64,000 nucleotides of DNA. Source: Salpingoeca rosetta. Taxonomy: Eukaryota > Protista > Choanoflagellata. Made by a program: the position numbers and the translations under genes. The notes under the pieces were generated by a model. That model was not told the DNA's origin and did no database searches. It saw nothing but the letters and a program-made list of their open reading frames with translations. Of the stretch, positions 28,230 through 42,784 are shown in pieces (the first letter of the stretch is position 1; each line of letters begins with the position of its first letter). The stretch spans positions 1,440,872 to 1,504,871 of the forward strand of contig JAWQFM010000005.1 of assembly GCA_033442325.1 (NCBI GenBank), given 5' to 3'.

Positions 28230-30573
28230 GTGCTGTTCTGCCCGTGTTTTCAAGGCCACCGGATGCGGACAAGCCGAGCAATGCGTTTTCCGTCGCCAGC
28301 GCGCAGGATGTGTCGCTCCTGTCGCCGATTCGTGACAATGAATTCAGAGTCATTCGCGTCGCTGTTCGCCCGCAAGACGTGAGCGCCGGCGATGCCATGC
28401 CATGCTTGCGCGTGCATAGCTGTGCATTTGTGTGCATGTGAGCGGATGCAGTGACGATAAGGCGCATGGCTTGGCCCCTGTTCACATGAATCACGCACCT
28501 GTGCTGACGTCTGTGGCCACACACACTCTCTCGTTTCTACACACATATTCATACACACACACATTCACACACACACGAACACGCACACACATACACACAC
28601 ACGAACACTCACACACACACGCACGCGCATGTGTACACGACGTGACGTGTGCAGGCGACGATGGTGGCGACGCTATCAGACTATGACGGGCTCGCAGACG
28701 TGCGCATCGAGAACCGCTGCGCAGCAAAGGACTTGACGGTGGAGTACAGACAGGCGGAGAGCGCAGAGCCGTTTCACGCTGTGGACGTCCTGCATGAGCG
28801 CAGCTTTGTTCGACCGCAGGCCACGGTGGGATGCCTTGTGCTTGCCGTCACGTTGCTTTGCGTACTACGATGCGTGTGTATCCGCGTGCACGTGTATGCA
28901 TGTGTGTGTGTGGGTGTGGGTGGGTGTGGGTGTGAGTGTGATTGTTCGTGCAGGTATGTTTATATGCAAGTGTGTGGTAGGTTGCTGCCTTCTTTCCTGT
29001 TGCTCATGTGGATGATGATTTCCTCTGTATGTTATCTATTTTTCCCTGTTTCTGCTTGCAACCCCTTATGCACATCAGGGCAAGAAGGAGATGGAGATTC
29101 GCATCCCGCACTGCCACGCTTCGTTCGCACACACGTTTGGCAAGTTCTACGTGAAGCAAGTGTGCAAGAACAGGGGCCAGCCCGTGTACGCCGTCTCGTT
29201 CCCCGACAATGCGCAGCCTGTGCTGCTGTTCACAGACAACAGATTGCTTGCAAGCAAACTTCGTCGGGCATGGTGCGTCATGTGGTGCAAGTGACTACTC
29301 GGGTGTTTGGCCTGTTGTCATGTGGTGTGTTCTCAATGTGCACACCTCTGCACACACATGTTTGCATGCCAACGCTTTAGTTCTGCCACACGCCTGTGCT
29401 CATCCCACCTAACCCCGCCACGCCACACCCACCCCGCATACCTCGGCCACCCACACAATTGCCCTCGCCTCCACAAAACAAAACTTATGTCACCAATGTT
29501 TCCATCTCCACAGCGGTCTTGAGCGGGACTCGAAGAAGGCCGGCAACGACATTGACCTTGCGCCCCGTATCCACAAGATGCAGTCGTACTTCAATGTTGC
29601 GCTCACGGGCGTTGGCCTCTCCCTCGTCGACGACAAGGTCTGTCTCTTGCGTGTGTGTGTGTGTGTGTGTGTGTTTGTTTTTGTGTCTGTGTGTGTGTGT
29701 GTGTCTGTGTGTGTGTCTGTGTGTGTGTGTGTGTGTGTCTGTGTCCGTGTGTTTCTGTGTCGGTGTCGGTGTGCGTGTGTGAAGCTTGCCTCTTCAGTCA
29801 GTTCGACCCGTGTAACCTCCCCGACACACACACACACACACACACACACAACCACACGACATCGCGCACCCTCTCACACATGCCACTGCGTCCTGTCCCG
29901 TCCTGCAGCCGATGGAGGTTGCGTATCTCAGCATCAATCCGCGCAAGACGTGGGAGTTTGCGTTGGACACGAGCAACCAGTGGGGCGAGGACTGGGAGCG
30001 CCTTGGTGTTGGCGCTGTGAAGACGCTCGACGCTGCGCTGGCTGCCGGTCGTGACTCTGCCCGCATCAACGACAGCATGACGGCGGATCTGCACAATCTC
30101 GTCCTTCGCGTTTCTTCCGAAGACGTGCGCACGTGGTGTTTGATTTACACGTGGTGTTTGATTTGCCTAGTTTGGTCATTTTGTTGTTTGGTGGCGTGTA
30201 TTCCTGAGTGCGTGTGCGTGTGTGCTAAGGTGAATGTCACCCGTGCGAGCACCGGACGATGTTGGAGCTGTGTCCGTTTGCCTTAATGTCTCCGTTGCTC
30301 ACCAGGTTCAAACACTACCTGCTGCATTCTTTGTTTCCTGTGCACCATGCGATGCGGCGGTGGCACCAGGAGCCCATCCTGCTGCGCCACCACTCCCACC
30401 CCGGCCTGGCGCTGACGTACATCGACTGCGAATACACCACCGTCTATCGCGTCATTCTCGAGGACTTGCAGCTGGACAACCAGGTCTGTGCTCACCAACA
30501 ATTTTGGCGATGGTGTGTTGCTCGTGGTTACGCGTGTTCCCACATCTGCCGTGTGTGGTGACGTTTGCTGTGC

Positions 30574-30650
<77 letters not shown>

Positions 30651-32526
30651 CCTACCTTCCTCCGCCGTCCTTACTCCCTTCATCGTGCCCCTCTGGGTCT
30701 CCATACCGCGCTGTCACTCAGTCGCCAGAAGCTGAAGATTCAACCGTCCTCACCATCGTCCCTCCGGCCCAGTCCGTCTTCCCACAACCGTCAGCCGTCA
30801 AGGTTTGCAAGACCTCACTGTTTACTTGTTTGTTTGTTTGTGTGCGTTTGTTTGTTTGTGTGCGTTTGTTTGTTTGTTTGTTCGTGTGCGTTTGTTTGTG
30901 TTTGTTTGTTTGTTTGTTTGTGTTTGGTTGCTTGAGTTGTTGCTGCATGCGCAGTTTGCGGCATAATGTTTCATCCGCAGCAGCTCACACCATGCGCTGA
31001 TACCTTGCCTCTTGTATGCACAGGTGCTCATTGTGGAGACGAAGCAGCTTGGGGCAGCCACCCACGTGCGCATGCTTCCACGCGTGTCCGTTCTTCTGCA
31101 GAAGATGAACCTGTTTGTCACGGACACATTCGCCTTCAAAGTCATGGATGTGTTCAAGCTGGCCCTTCCCGAGGAGGATGCACTGGTGAGCCGTGATGCG
31201 CTGTTCTGCGTACGTGCACCTGTGGAGGGAACGATGGTGATGGTGGTGGTGGTGGTTGGTCTCCCTTCAACTCGAAACAAACCCGTGATTGAACACATGC
31301 TGTATCCCCTCTCTTCACGTGGTGTGTTTTGGTTTTCCCCCCTTTCCAGGCGCATGTGGACGTCGGCAGCGACGTGACGTGGGCGGAGAATGCTCGAATG
31401 GTGATTGGCGATGACAGCGATGGGTCAAGAACACACACGCGCGTCTCCATTCGATCATTGCAGCTGCACCCAATCTCCATTGTGCTGACGCTGCGGCTGC
31501 AGCTGCTGGACGACCACGATGGTGAGGAGGAGGAGCTTGCTGGTGGACAGACCCGCATGATGCAATACAAGAAAGGCCTTGTGCAAGAAGTGCTGAGCAG
31601 CATTGGAACGGCCGCCAGCACCCTGTCCTCCATCAGCGGCACTCAACTCAACCTCAACGCCCTCATTCTCAAGGTCCGCGCGCGTGTTTGTGTGTGTGTG
31701 TGTGTGATATTGTGTGTGTGTGCGTGTATGTGATATTGTGTGTGTGCGTGTGTGTGTGTGTGTGTGTGAATGCGTCCGTGTGAGAGCGCGCGTGTGAATT
31801 CTTGTTTATGACAATGAATAGGTGTGACACAGGTGTGCCTGCTGATGTGAATTTCCATGCATGTGATGAAGTGGACACGTGTCACACACGTGTTTGCATG
31901 TGCTGACCTGTGCCTTCCCTTACTTATTGTTCAAATCATACCTATTGCTGGCCCTTCAGAACGTGTTCTGCGAGCAAGACGAGCTTGTTGGAGATATTGT
32001 GTCGCACTACTCCAAGGAAGGCCTGAAGCAAGCGTACAAGGTAGCATCCAGTGGTCATGTGTTCATCCTCATGTCTGCAAGTGTGTCATCGGGAGAGGAC
32101 TTGGGTTCTCAAAAACGATCTTGCGCATTTCTTCTGTCCCTTTTTGTTTTCTCACTTTTCCTCCACCACAACCACCACGATGTGATGACCAACCCCCAAC
32201 ACCCTCATTCCCCCCTTCTCTCTCTCTCTCTCTCTTGTTCCAGCTGCTGATGGGCCTTGACCTGCTGGGCAATCCCGGGCAGATGCTGGGACACCTCAGC
32301 TCCGGCGTCACCGACTTGTACTACGAGCCGCTTCTCGAGGGAATCTCAAGCATTGCAACACACACCCTCGGTGAGCATGGGTGGGATGGAATGGTGTTGG
32401 TGGTGGTGTTGGTGGTGGTGAACGTGGTGGCACGCGCTTGTGGAACGGCTTGTGGTTACTGCTCATGTGAATACACGTGTCGTTCTATTCACAAGAGCAC
32501 ACACACACACACACACAATCACACAC

Positions 32527-32610
<84 letters not shown>

Positions 32611-33241
32611 ATGAATGGCTTGGCGCGTACGTGCAGTTGGGGCGACGGGGATGGTGAGTTCGCTGGCGGGTGCGGTCGGCAACACAATGGCTGCGCTGTC
32701 GCTCGACCAGGACTACCAGCGGCAGCGGCGACAGGCGGCCGGCCGGCGACGAACAGCCATGCAGCAGATGACGCACGGTGGCGAGCGGTTCCTGCGCGGG
32801 ATCTTTGACGGCACGACGGGCCTGGTGATGCAGCCGCTGCAGGGGGCGCGCAAGGACGGCGTGGGCGGCTTCTTCAAGGGGATGGGCCGCGGGCTGATGG
32901 GCCTGGTGACCAAGCCCGTTGTTGGCGTGATTGACATGACGACAGGCACCATCGACATGGTGCGGCAGGCGATCCAGGGCGACAAGCGCGCGCAGCGTGT
33001 GCGGGAGCCGCGCAGCATTCGCCCCGACAACATCTTGCGGCCGTTCTCGGCGTACGAGGCGCACGGGGTGGTGCTGCTGGCGGAGATGAAGCGGCACATG
33101 CAGCGCGGGCAAATGGATCGATACGTCATGCACTTTGTGCTCCAGGATCGCGGCGGCAGAAAGGCCGGCCACCGCGTTGGTGAGCGCCTCAGCTGCTGCT
33201 GCTGGCGGTGGTGGTGGTGGTGGTGGTGTTTAACTTGCTCC

Positions 33242-33276
<35 letters not shown>

Positions 33277-33703
33277 TTCTTGCTGGTGTTCTTGCTGGTG
33301 TTCTTGTTGTTTGCAGTTTGTTGTTGTTGCTGCTGCTGTCTGCCATGTCTGCCATGTCTGCGTGGTGTTTGGCGTACACACACACACACACATCACACAT
33401 CACACTCGTCACACACTCATCACACACACACACCACGTGTGTGCCTCTGCAGTCATCTTCACGAACCGTGGCGTCATCGTGGCGCCACTGAAGGACATGC
33501 ACAAGCCCGTGCGCGTGCCGCACCGCCTGACCCGTGGCCACCGCCTCCTTGGCGACAAGGGTATTGAGCTCAACTATGACGAGCAGCGCGGGAAGAAGCG
33601 CAAATCGCGCAAGATGCTGCTGCCGGCCAAGGACACGCGCATGCAGGAGGTGCTCGAGGAGGCATACGTCAAGGTCGGAACGCAACGGGCTTGTGTGCTT
33701 GTG

Positions 33704-33773
<70 letters not shown>

Positions 33774-33938
33774 AGCTTGCATGCTTGTGTGTGTGTGTGT
33801 ACTTGTGCGTGCTAGCTTGTTTGCTTGTGTGTGTGTGTGTGTGCTGTTTCGTTTTATTCTGTGCACGGATGCTCACGCTCAATTATGTATTTGCGCCTTG
33901 TTTCCTCTGGCTTGCAGGCGAAATCCTACCGCTCCTAA
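12897..33938 (+). CDS. VPS13: VPS13 bridge-like lipid transfer protein, VPS13A/C-like; exact start codon uncertain (candidate ATG at 12676)
   Basis: Chorein-N (LQSLLTKTLKQHLAPYLEGFDADQLDVGVLKGEIVLHDLKLK...GTLRLKIPWKHL), GGWFSWL, FYNPRVSTWEPVLEP, VAB-type repeats (PYWIVNQTG; TKIVTLVPRFMLHN), a WWE-like segment (~29.9-30.1 kb), GLDLLGNP, ATG2_C-like GFFKGMGRGLMGLVTKPVVGVIDM and a PH-like end. Final exon AKSYRS*. One very large exon at ~18.9-22.9 kb. Confidence 0.95.
19162..19237 (+). repeat. Coding CAA/CAG poly-Gln tract in VPS13; a second tract lies at ~22511-22563
   Basis: Mixed CAA/CAG run, in frame within the large exon. Confidence 0.9.
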
Positions 33939-33987
33939 TGATCGCCCAGACACACGTGCACACTCCCCCCCCCCCCACATACACATA

Positions 33988-34028
<41 letters not shown>

Positions 34029-34204
34029 CTTTGGATAGCCGCCACGTCGGCCTGTCTGCTTCAAACACGAAACATCCTGTTCAGTTCATTACATTCGAAA
34101 CCACGGCAGGCCAGCGCACTCGCACATGTTCGCGATGAAGTGCGTTGCCTGCTGTGCGTTTGCTTGGTTGTTCACGCCACCACTGTGAGTGCAGTGCCGC
34201 TTCG

Positions 34205-34583
34205 TTAAAAGTCGAGCGATCCTTTGCGATCGGCCTTCTTCTGGCTCTGTTTCTTCTTTTCCTTCAGTCGCCTCTCGTTAAACTGGCGCTTCCTGCACAC
34301 AAGCAAGCAAGAAACACCGCGGTCATGTGATGCATGGGTTGGAGGGGGGATAGTATGGAACACCGAACCAAACCACCAGGGCACACACGGGCACACACGC
34401 ACGCGTGCATGGTGTTGACTGACAGTTTTTTCACTTTGGCCTGCTGTTGGGCTGATGCTTCCTTGTCCTGTTTGGTCGCTTCCACGCACATCTGTCAGTT
34501 GCATTTCCAACACGTTATGCGTCCAGATAGCATCACAGTAGCGGCATGCAGAATCTGGCTACACAGGGGAATATGATGCACGT

Positions 34584-34657
<74 letters not shown>

Positions 34658-35818
34658 CGGTCATGCGTTGAACAGCCAGATCGTAGTTCCGGTTTTGTGA
34701 TCGTGTGTCCTGACACTGCACGACGAGTTCACCTTGCTTATTCATGCGCGTTGATAACTGCAAATCAACAAAGGTGATTGGAGCGGGAACCGTGTCACTG
34801 TGCATGTGCATGTACACGCAGTAGGCACTGGTCATGCAGGCATGCACACATTCGCACATCCACAAGCACACACACATCCGAACACGCACGTTCGTCTTGA
34901 TGGCTGCTTTGGCTTCTTCCGTTAGCCAGTAAGCCTCGTCGACGTTGAAGCGTAGTGTCACCTTTGTGCTCACTAGCCATGTGCAACAGCGCACGCGCAA
35001 AGAGAGAGTTAGTGAGTTGATGATGCGCAGCATGCTATGCTGCAACGCGGGCAGTAGTCCAACAGGCCCAGCCACGTACAGCTGTGAATGGGATTGTTCG
35101 GTTAAGCTGCACCGCACACATATGCACGCGCACACATGTACGCACGAAAACACACACACGCACAAGTGTACACTGTGTACACGGCCGTTTCATGTGTGGC
35201 CATGTTCCTACCTTTGTTTACATGCTGGCCTCCAGCACCGCCACTCCTTGAATAGGTGGCTGTGAGTGCTTCTGCTCACAGGAGAGACAGAGACAGAGAC
35301 AGAGACAGAGACAGAGACAGAGACAGAGACAGAGACAGAGACAGAGACAGAGAGACAGAGACAGAGACAGAGACAGAGACAGAGAGACAGAGACAGAGAC
35401 AGAGAATGTTGTTTGCCCCCCCCCCACACGCACACACACAAAGCACCAAACGAGTGTGTGAGACCGCTGTACTTGATGCTGCAAGCAAAAAAAAAAAAAA
35501 AAAGACAGCCAAAAGAATTAGGTGCTCGTACATGCGCTGCCATGTGTGTGGTGATGGGACGAAGGATGTGCGAGACGATGCCCTGTCGCAAGTCACATCC
35601 CACTGACCTTGTGGAATGGGACCGTAAAACAGGTAGTCGCCGCCGCTCCGCTGCTTGCTGCCCTTGTCTGCACTCATCCAGCGCAGCTGAAAGGACGACA
35701 AGAACGACCACCGGCCTTCTCGCGGCCACACGACAGCCTGCTGCTGCCGCATCCTGCCAACAACACTCGCAGTGCGCAGCACACCACCAAGCGACAACAC
35801 AAGCGGCAGCTGTGCCAT
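34205..35818 (-). CDS. MRPL58: Mitochondrial peptidyl-tRNA hydrolase / ribosome-rescue factor, ICT1 (mL62)/ArfB family
   Basis: Arg/Ser-rich presequence-like N-terminus. Spliced IPQEALTATYSRSGGAGGQHVNK (GGQ at 35225-35233), then STKVTLRFNV..W, RMNKQGELVVQCQDTRSQNRN, and a basic tail NERRLKEKKKQSQKKADR. Confidence 0.88.
35283..35404. repeat. (GAGACA)n hexanucleotide microsatellite in an intron, next to the acceptor of the GGQ exon
   Basis: Tandem array seen directly; reads (TGTCTC)n on the coding strand. Confidence 0.9.
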
Positions 35819-36039
35819 GTGTGTGGATGCTCTCTGTGTAAAGTCCTTCCACCCCAAACAACAAACGCGAGTTGTGACGATTTGCGAATGTTATCTGTCA
35901 CATTTCGTACCACCCCGCGATTGCAGACCACGTTGTCTCGTGTGTGTTTGCATGCATGCGTGCTGTTCTCGTGTGCATTTGTTGTGCTTGTGAGTTACAT
36001 TCCAACTCCGTGCTGCGATAACAACACCACCAAACAGCC

Positions 36040-37955
36040 ATGTCGGCCAAGCCTGGAGGTGCCAAGTTCTTTCACCATGTGCTCAAGTCTCCAAAGCACA
36101 TTGTCGCACCAATGGTGGACCAGGTGAGTGTTTGTCTGTGTGCATGTGTCTGTGTGCGTGTTTGCGTGTGTCTGCGTGTCTGTGTGCGTGTGTCTGTGTA
36201 CGTGTTTGCGTGTGTCTGCGTGCATGTGTCTGTGTGTGTGTGTGTCTGTGTGTGTCTGCGTCTGTGTGAATGTGTGGCTGTGTGCGTGTGTCTGTGTGTT
36301 TGTGTGTCTGTATGTACACACACGTGTCTGTATGTGTGTATGTGTGTATGTGTGTATGTACACCGCGGTCAACAGTTGCTTGTGCCTGCGCCCGGGGCAT
36401 GTGTGTCCAGCTCACCACTTGTATGCGTCCCTATCCAACAATCCCCACAACATGATGGGCAGAGCGAGCTGAGCTGGCGCCTGCTGGCTCGCGCGTATGG
36501 CGCACACCTGTGCTATACACCCATGCTGCACTCTGGTGTGTTTGTGAGGGACGCCAACTACCGCAAACTGAACTTCACCACGTGCGCCGAGGATCGCCCC
36601 CTCATCGTCCAGGTACGTACAAGCTGCAATCCGTCTGCGTTCGCTGCACTTGGGCCCTGTTACCTTGCAGGGGTCGCGTTTGTTGCGCTTGCACATGCGA
36701 TGCCTCGATATCCAGCGCTGCATCTCATTTGACCCGCCATTCGTGCTCACGATGCACTGCTGCTGGCGCTGTCTCTCAATCAAGTTTTGTGGCAACGATC
36801 CCGACACGGTTCTGGAGGCAGCTAAGTATGTGGAGGACAAGTGCGATGCTGTGGACTTGAACCTCGGATGCCCCCAGAACATTGCTCGTCGCGGTCGATA
36901 CGGTGCCTTCTTGCAGGTACACGGTAATTATTGTCGATGTCGTTGCTATTTGCCGTTGTTGTCGTCGTAGCTGGTGCTCTTGTCCACCGTTGGAATGCCT
37001 CAGCCATGCACATCTGCTGTCCTGAATGCAACGGAGGCAAACGCCCAATTCACACATGGACACATACACGCGTGTGCGTGTCATTGCAGGATGAATGGGA
37101 TACCATCTCTGCCATTGTGAAGCGTTTGCACGCGGAACTGAGCGTCCCCGTGACGTGCAAGATTCGCATCTTTGATGATCTGGATAAGACGCTCGCGTAT
37201 GCGCGCATGCTGGAAGAAAGTGGCTGCCAGGTTAGAATGACCTGCTTTGGCGCTGTGTGTGTATGTGCGTGTGCGTGTATGCGTGTATGCGTGCGTGTGT
37301 GCGTGTATGTGTGTGTGTGTGTGTGGATGTCGCTGTTATGCATGCCGTTCACACGTGCACCTTGACTCCACCATGCCTCTGCTTGATGCCATGTCTTCTT
37401 TGTTTTCATCACGACACACACACACACGCGCACGCACACAACCACACACGCTACAGCTGCTTACGGTGCACGGGCGAACGCGAGTGCAGAAGGGCCCTCG
37501 TTCCGGCCTTGCAAACTGGGATTACATCAAAGCCATCAAGTAAGTCGTGGATCGTGGATCGTGAATCCAATGTCCGAGAGCCTGCTTGCCTTGCGCGTGG
37601 TTGCAGTTGTCTGTAGTCCTGAGGTGCCACAAGCATGCGCTGTGCTTGTTCAACTTGCTCAACAGTATTTCACCACCTGTCGTCCTCACGTAACACAACA
37701 CATCCACCCATCTCGTCGCGTTCCATTTGCTCCTGGTGTGCAGGAACGCGGTGAGCATCCCTGTTGTCGCCAACGGCAACATCCTGTACACGTCCGACAT
37801 TGACAAGTGCATCGAGTACACGGGGGTGGACGGCGTCATGTCTTCAGGTCTGGAACACATGGTGCAGGGGGGACAAAGCGTTGGTTGGTTGATTGGTTGG
37901 TTGGTTAGTTGGTTGGGAGGCAGGGGACAGAGCCATTGTAGACGCTATGTGCGGT

Positions 37956-38022
<67 letters not shown>

Positions 38023-39747
38023 TCACGCTTTATCCGGATTGCTGGTGTAGGCACACTGCCTTGGACACAGTGACGGGTTTCGATACACGTGTACACGTGA
38101 CCAACAAAAAACAAGCACATGTGTTCACTTTTCGCGTCTGGCGAGTTTTCACCTATCTCACTGGCCGCCTGCTGCTGCGTGCACACTCTGCTTCAGAAAC
38201 GCACTTGGTGAACCCTGCGGTGTTCTCTGGACAGTACCCGCTGCTGTGGGAGATGGTTGATGAGTACATGGGGCTGGCTCTCAAGCACGGCGAATCTGTC
38301 GCCTGCTGCAAGGCCCACCTCTTCAAGCTCTACCACAAATGGTGCGACGCCAACTTGCATCGCATTATTGCTGGGGAATGTCACGCGCCCGCACACAGGG
38401 CTGGACGGCACCCGTGTACTTGTTTACCGTCACACGCACACAACAGCACAAAGACAACCCACCACTGTCCATTTCTCGTCGCCCCATTGCCGCCAGCTCT
38501 GTTCACTCTCGCTGCCGCCCACTTACCCCGCACCCAACAAACAACCAACCAACCCAACCGACACAACACAACACAAACAACCACACATTCACAACGCCCA
38601 CCGACGCAACCACACACTTACATACACACAACTTCATTGCCCAAACGTGCTGTCCGCCGTTGGTGCAGCGTGAACGACTACCCGGACCTGCGGACCGACC
38701 TTGCCAAGGCGCGATCGCACGATGATCTGCTTGCCGTCGCCGCCGCCCTCAACGAAAACCTCAGGCGCCGTCGCGATGAGGAGATGAAGCAGGGTTGGTG
38801 GCAGGCTGCTGTTGCTGCTGTGCTTTGTTGTTGCTGCCATGTTCTCGAACACACCGTCACTTCTTATCGTCTCGACTCACCCCTCTGCCCACCTTCCCCT
38901 ATCACCGGATCACCATCCTCGCCACGACCACCATCACCGTTGTCCACCAGGCCTGTGGACAGAGGAGCACGACACGGAGACGGCGGCCCTCCACGCGCTG
39001 CCGTCCTGCTCGCCAGACTTTGAGCACCCCCGCATCCCCGTCTGGCGCTGCCAGCCCCGCCCCCGCAACCACAACTCGGACAAGTCGGTTAATGCCATTT
39101 TTCGTGTACACCTGCTCCTGCTGTGCATGTGTGTGTGTGTGCGTGTGTGTGTGTGTGTGCGTGCGTCGCTCTGCAAACGCTGCCTTGTTCTTCGTTGTCA
39201 CTGTTTGCGGGTCACCACAGCTCATCCTCACGACCACCCTCCACTCCACCCTCCACTCCACCCCCGTCAGGGCGCTGCTTGAGCGCGAGCCGGGGCCACG
39301 TGCGAAGCAGCAGAAGCCGCAAAAGTCTAAGGCAGCGGGCGGCGAGAAGTCGGGACCACGGGCCGCCTCCGACGCTGCCAATGGTGATGATGATCATGAT
39401 GATGATGATGAATCCAATGCTGCAAAGCGACCGCGTGCAATGGATGAGCAGCGCGCTGCACAGCGCAAACGCCAGCAGCAGCTCAACGCCATGCGAAGTA
39501 CGTTTGCATTTGCGCCATATATGCCACGTGCACGTGTGTGTGTGTGTGTTGTGTTGGGTTGTGTTGTGTTATGTACTTGTGTTGTGTACTTGTGTTGTGT
39601 TGTGTTGTGTTGTGTGTGTGTGTGTTTGCTTGTGGCGTATTGTGTTTGCCGGGCCATAGGTTCTGACGTCCAAATCCCACTGCTTCACGTTGCAGAGAAC
39701 CGGTACAAGCGGTGTGGCCTGTGCAACGGCAACCCGTGCGGCAAGAA
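36040..39747 (+). CDS. DUS1L: tRNA-dihydrouridine synthase 1 (DUS1/DUS1L); final exon not found
   Basis: [38 protein letters not shown], catalytic [67 protein letters not shown], and the start of a C-terminal Cys cluster ([12 protein letters not shown]). Confidence 0.93.
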
Positions 39748-39897
39748 GTGAGTTGGTCATGTGTAGCTCCTGCTGCCATCTCTACGCAAACACATTACAA
39801 TAACAATGCAGCGAGCCACACGCTTGGCATCCACTCGACGACAACTTTCACCTCGCAGCTCCAATCACCGGCGTAGCTACACACGCACCTCTGCACA

Positions 39898-39968
<71 letters not shown>

Positions 39969-39976
39969 ACACACAC

Positions 39977-40537
39977 CTTGTAGACGGTTTCCTGCTTGCC
40001 GGTGATGAGCCACTGCTTGAGGAGGTACTCGTAGTAGCTGTCGCCGCGCGCCCCGAGCGTGATGGTGTTGCCGCTGAACCTGTCCCGCCATCAATCAATG
40101 CGGCACCAAGAGGATCGGGGCGTGGGCAAAGATGGAAGGGGTATAGGCGCGGCGGGCGAGAGGGGAGTCGGTGTTGAGACACGAGCAGAGCATGTTGGGG
40201 AGGGGGGTTACGTGTGAAATGCATGTAATGTGGGGCGCATCAAAACAGGGGGTGCGACATTGCCATGTGCATGTGTACTCCGGACCTGCCCGTGTTGGCG
40301 TTGACGAAGATGGGGACTAGGCCGTCCTTCTTCGGGAGCGATCGCAGGTGCTCCATCACCTGGTGTTGTGTCAGACCACGAACAGTGAAGATGTGTTGCA
40401 TGCAGCAGCAGGGAGAGGCGAGGCGAGGTGAGGTGCCTCACACTCGTACCTCCAACAAAGCATACAAGCAAGCAAGTTACACGAGCAAGTTGCCAACCAA
40501 CAAAGCACACACGCACACACGCACACACGCACACACG

Positions 40538-40603
<66 letters not shown>

Positions 40604-40928
40604 TACACGCGCGCACGCAGACAGCAGCAGCGGGGCGCGGACCTGCGTGACGCGGTCGTGGAATTTGCGGTTTCCGGACACATGTGCGAGATACTTGAAC
40701 TCAATCTGGATGGTGGACACCTCCGCAGTGGAACTGAAGTGACGACACGAGGAGGAGGAGGAGGAGGAGGAGGAGGAGGAGGAGGAGGAGGAGGAAGAGG
40801 AGGAGGAAGTGGAAATGCATGGTGGTGCATGAGTGAGTGTGGTGGAATGGGAAAGAGCCAAGGCAATGCGGCGAACAATCACACGCCCTTCTGCCAACAC
40901 CACACACACACACACACACACACGCACG

Positions 40929-40991
<63 letters not shown>

Positions 40992-42233
40992 GCACACACA
41001 CACACACGCGCGCAAGTTGTGCGCACGCAGATGACCCCAACATCCACACGATCACACACAAAACGCCAAACAGAGAGATAGAGAAGAAGGGACAAGTGGT
41101 GCACCTGTCTGGGCCCCAGCGCGGCTTGTGGGCGATGCCGGACTGGAGGTTGACGTCGGAGAAGGGAACACCCGAGTTCTCGTTGAACGCGTGCGACAAC
41201 CGCTGCCCAAGATCAATCTGCAAACGTACACGTGTGTGTGTGTGTGCGTGTGTGTGTGTGTGAGTGTGTGAGTGTGTGTGTGTGCGTATGTGTGTGTGTG
41301 TGTGTGTGTGTGTGATTGTGGCGTGTGTTGGTGTGTGTGTGATTGTGGCGTGTGTTGGTGTGTGTGCACAGGAAACATCATCAGGGCCGACACAGACGCG
41401 CGCATGCGAGTGTCAATGCACCGCAAAGCAAGACAACGCACGGCCTTGTTCTTGTAGAGGGGGTCGCCTGTGAGGGCGTAGCAGCTGAGCAGCCCGCCGA
41501 GCACGCGAATGGTGCACTCAAACAGATTCACGTCGACGTTCTTGTCCAACTGCAGATCATGCGCCACCCAATCCCGCGCCTCCTGTGGGTGTGCGCACAC
41601 ACGTGCCGAAGAGGAGAGGGTGGGGAAACAAAAGGCGGATGAGTCTAATTTCCACGCGTGCACGCGTCCACGTCGACTACAGCTTAGCTATACACATGCA
41701 GTCACTCGCACACGGTCGTTCTCATGGCACCACAAGCAGCCACACTCCACAAGACAACACAAGACACCACAAGACACCACAAGATAACACACAAGATAAC
41801 ACAACAGGGGACCTTGTACTCGTCGGTGAGCGCCATGAGGTACATGGTGTCGAGCGCATCGACGAGGGTAAGGCCGAGCCCAAACCACTCGTTGTGGCCC
41901 TTGGTGACCGGCAGCAGCTCATCGTGGCCCCATGCGTACGCCTTGTACCCTGCGCACCCGTGCAGCGGCGGTGGCGGCGTGGGATGGAGGCGGGTGATTG
42001 TAGGCATTGCGAGGGGGGATTGCAATGATCGTGGCGATGGGGGCGTTGTTGGTGCCGTTGGTGAGAAGCCATGACCGTGAGTGGGGTTATCGTTGTATGC
42101 AGCATGCGGTGGAATGCACAGCCACAGAACAAACAACACGCCTGCCACAGAACAAACAACACGCCTGCCACAGAACAAACAACACGCCGGCCACAGAGCA
42201 ACCACCACTTCTGCCACAGAGTAAACAACACGC

Positions 42234-42276
<43 letters not shown>

Positions 42277-42710
42277 CACACACACACACGCACACACACA
42301 CACCTTTCCACGCCCACCGGAAGGCGTCCACGACAGCGCGCTGCTTGTCTGTGTGCTGTGCAGGTGTGGGGATGTTGAGGCCATTTGGTCCCAGCGACGC
42401 AGCACCTGCATGGTTCGTGACAGCACCGCCATTACCCGCCTGCTGCTGCTGCTGCTGCTGTGCATGTTGCTGCTGCTGCTGCTGTTGTTGTTGTTGTTGT
42501 TGTTGCTGTTGTTGCTGTTGTGGTGGCTGAAGGGCAGCGGCTTGCTGCTGCTGTTGGTGTGCGCCGTCGTGTCTTACAGGGACGCTGCCATCGGCGACAG
42601 CTCGCTGCAGCTCACGCAGCCGCTGTAGTTAGGCAAGGGGGGATCACGCATGCATCATCAGACCAGGCCCACGTGAGCGGCTGCTTCCATACCGTGCCGC
42701 ATCCAAATGG

Positions 42711-42784
<74 letters not shown>

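Noticed and set aside
40249-40290. Possible in-frame DUS1 terminal exon ([10 protein letters not shown]) inside a mannosidase intron
   Set aside because: The Cys spacing is incomplete, the acceptor is purine-rich, and the frame continues antisense through a mannosidase exon; probably chance.
42119-42238. 23-bp repeats resembling a CRISPR array
   Set aside because: Head-to-tail tandem copies without unique spacers, inside a eukaryotic intron, with no cas genes.
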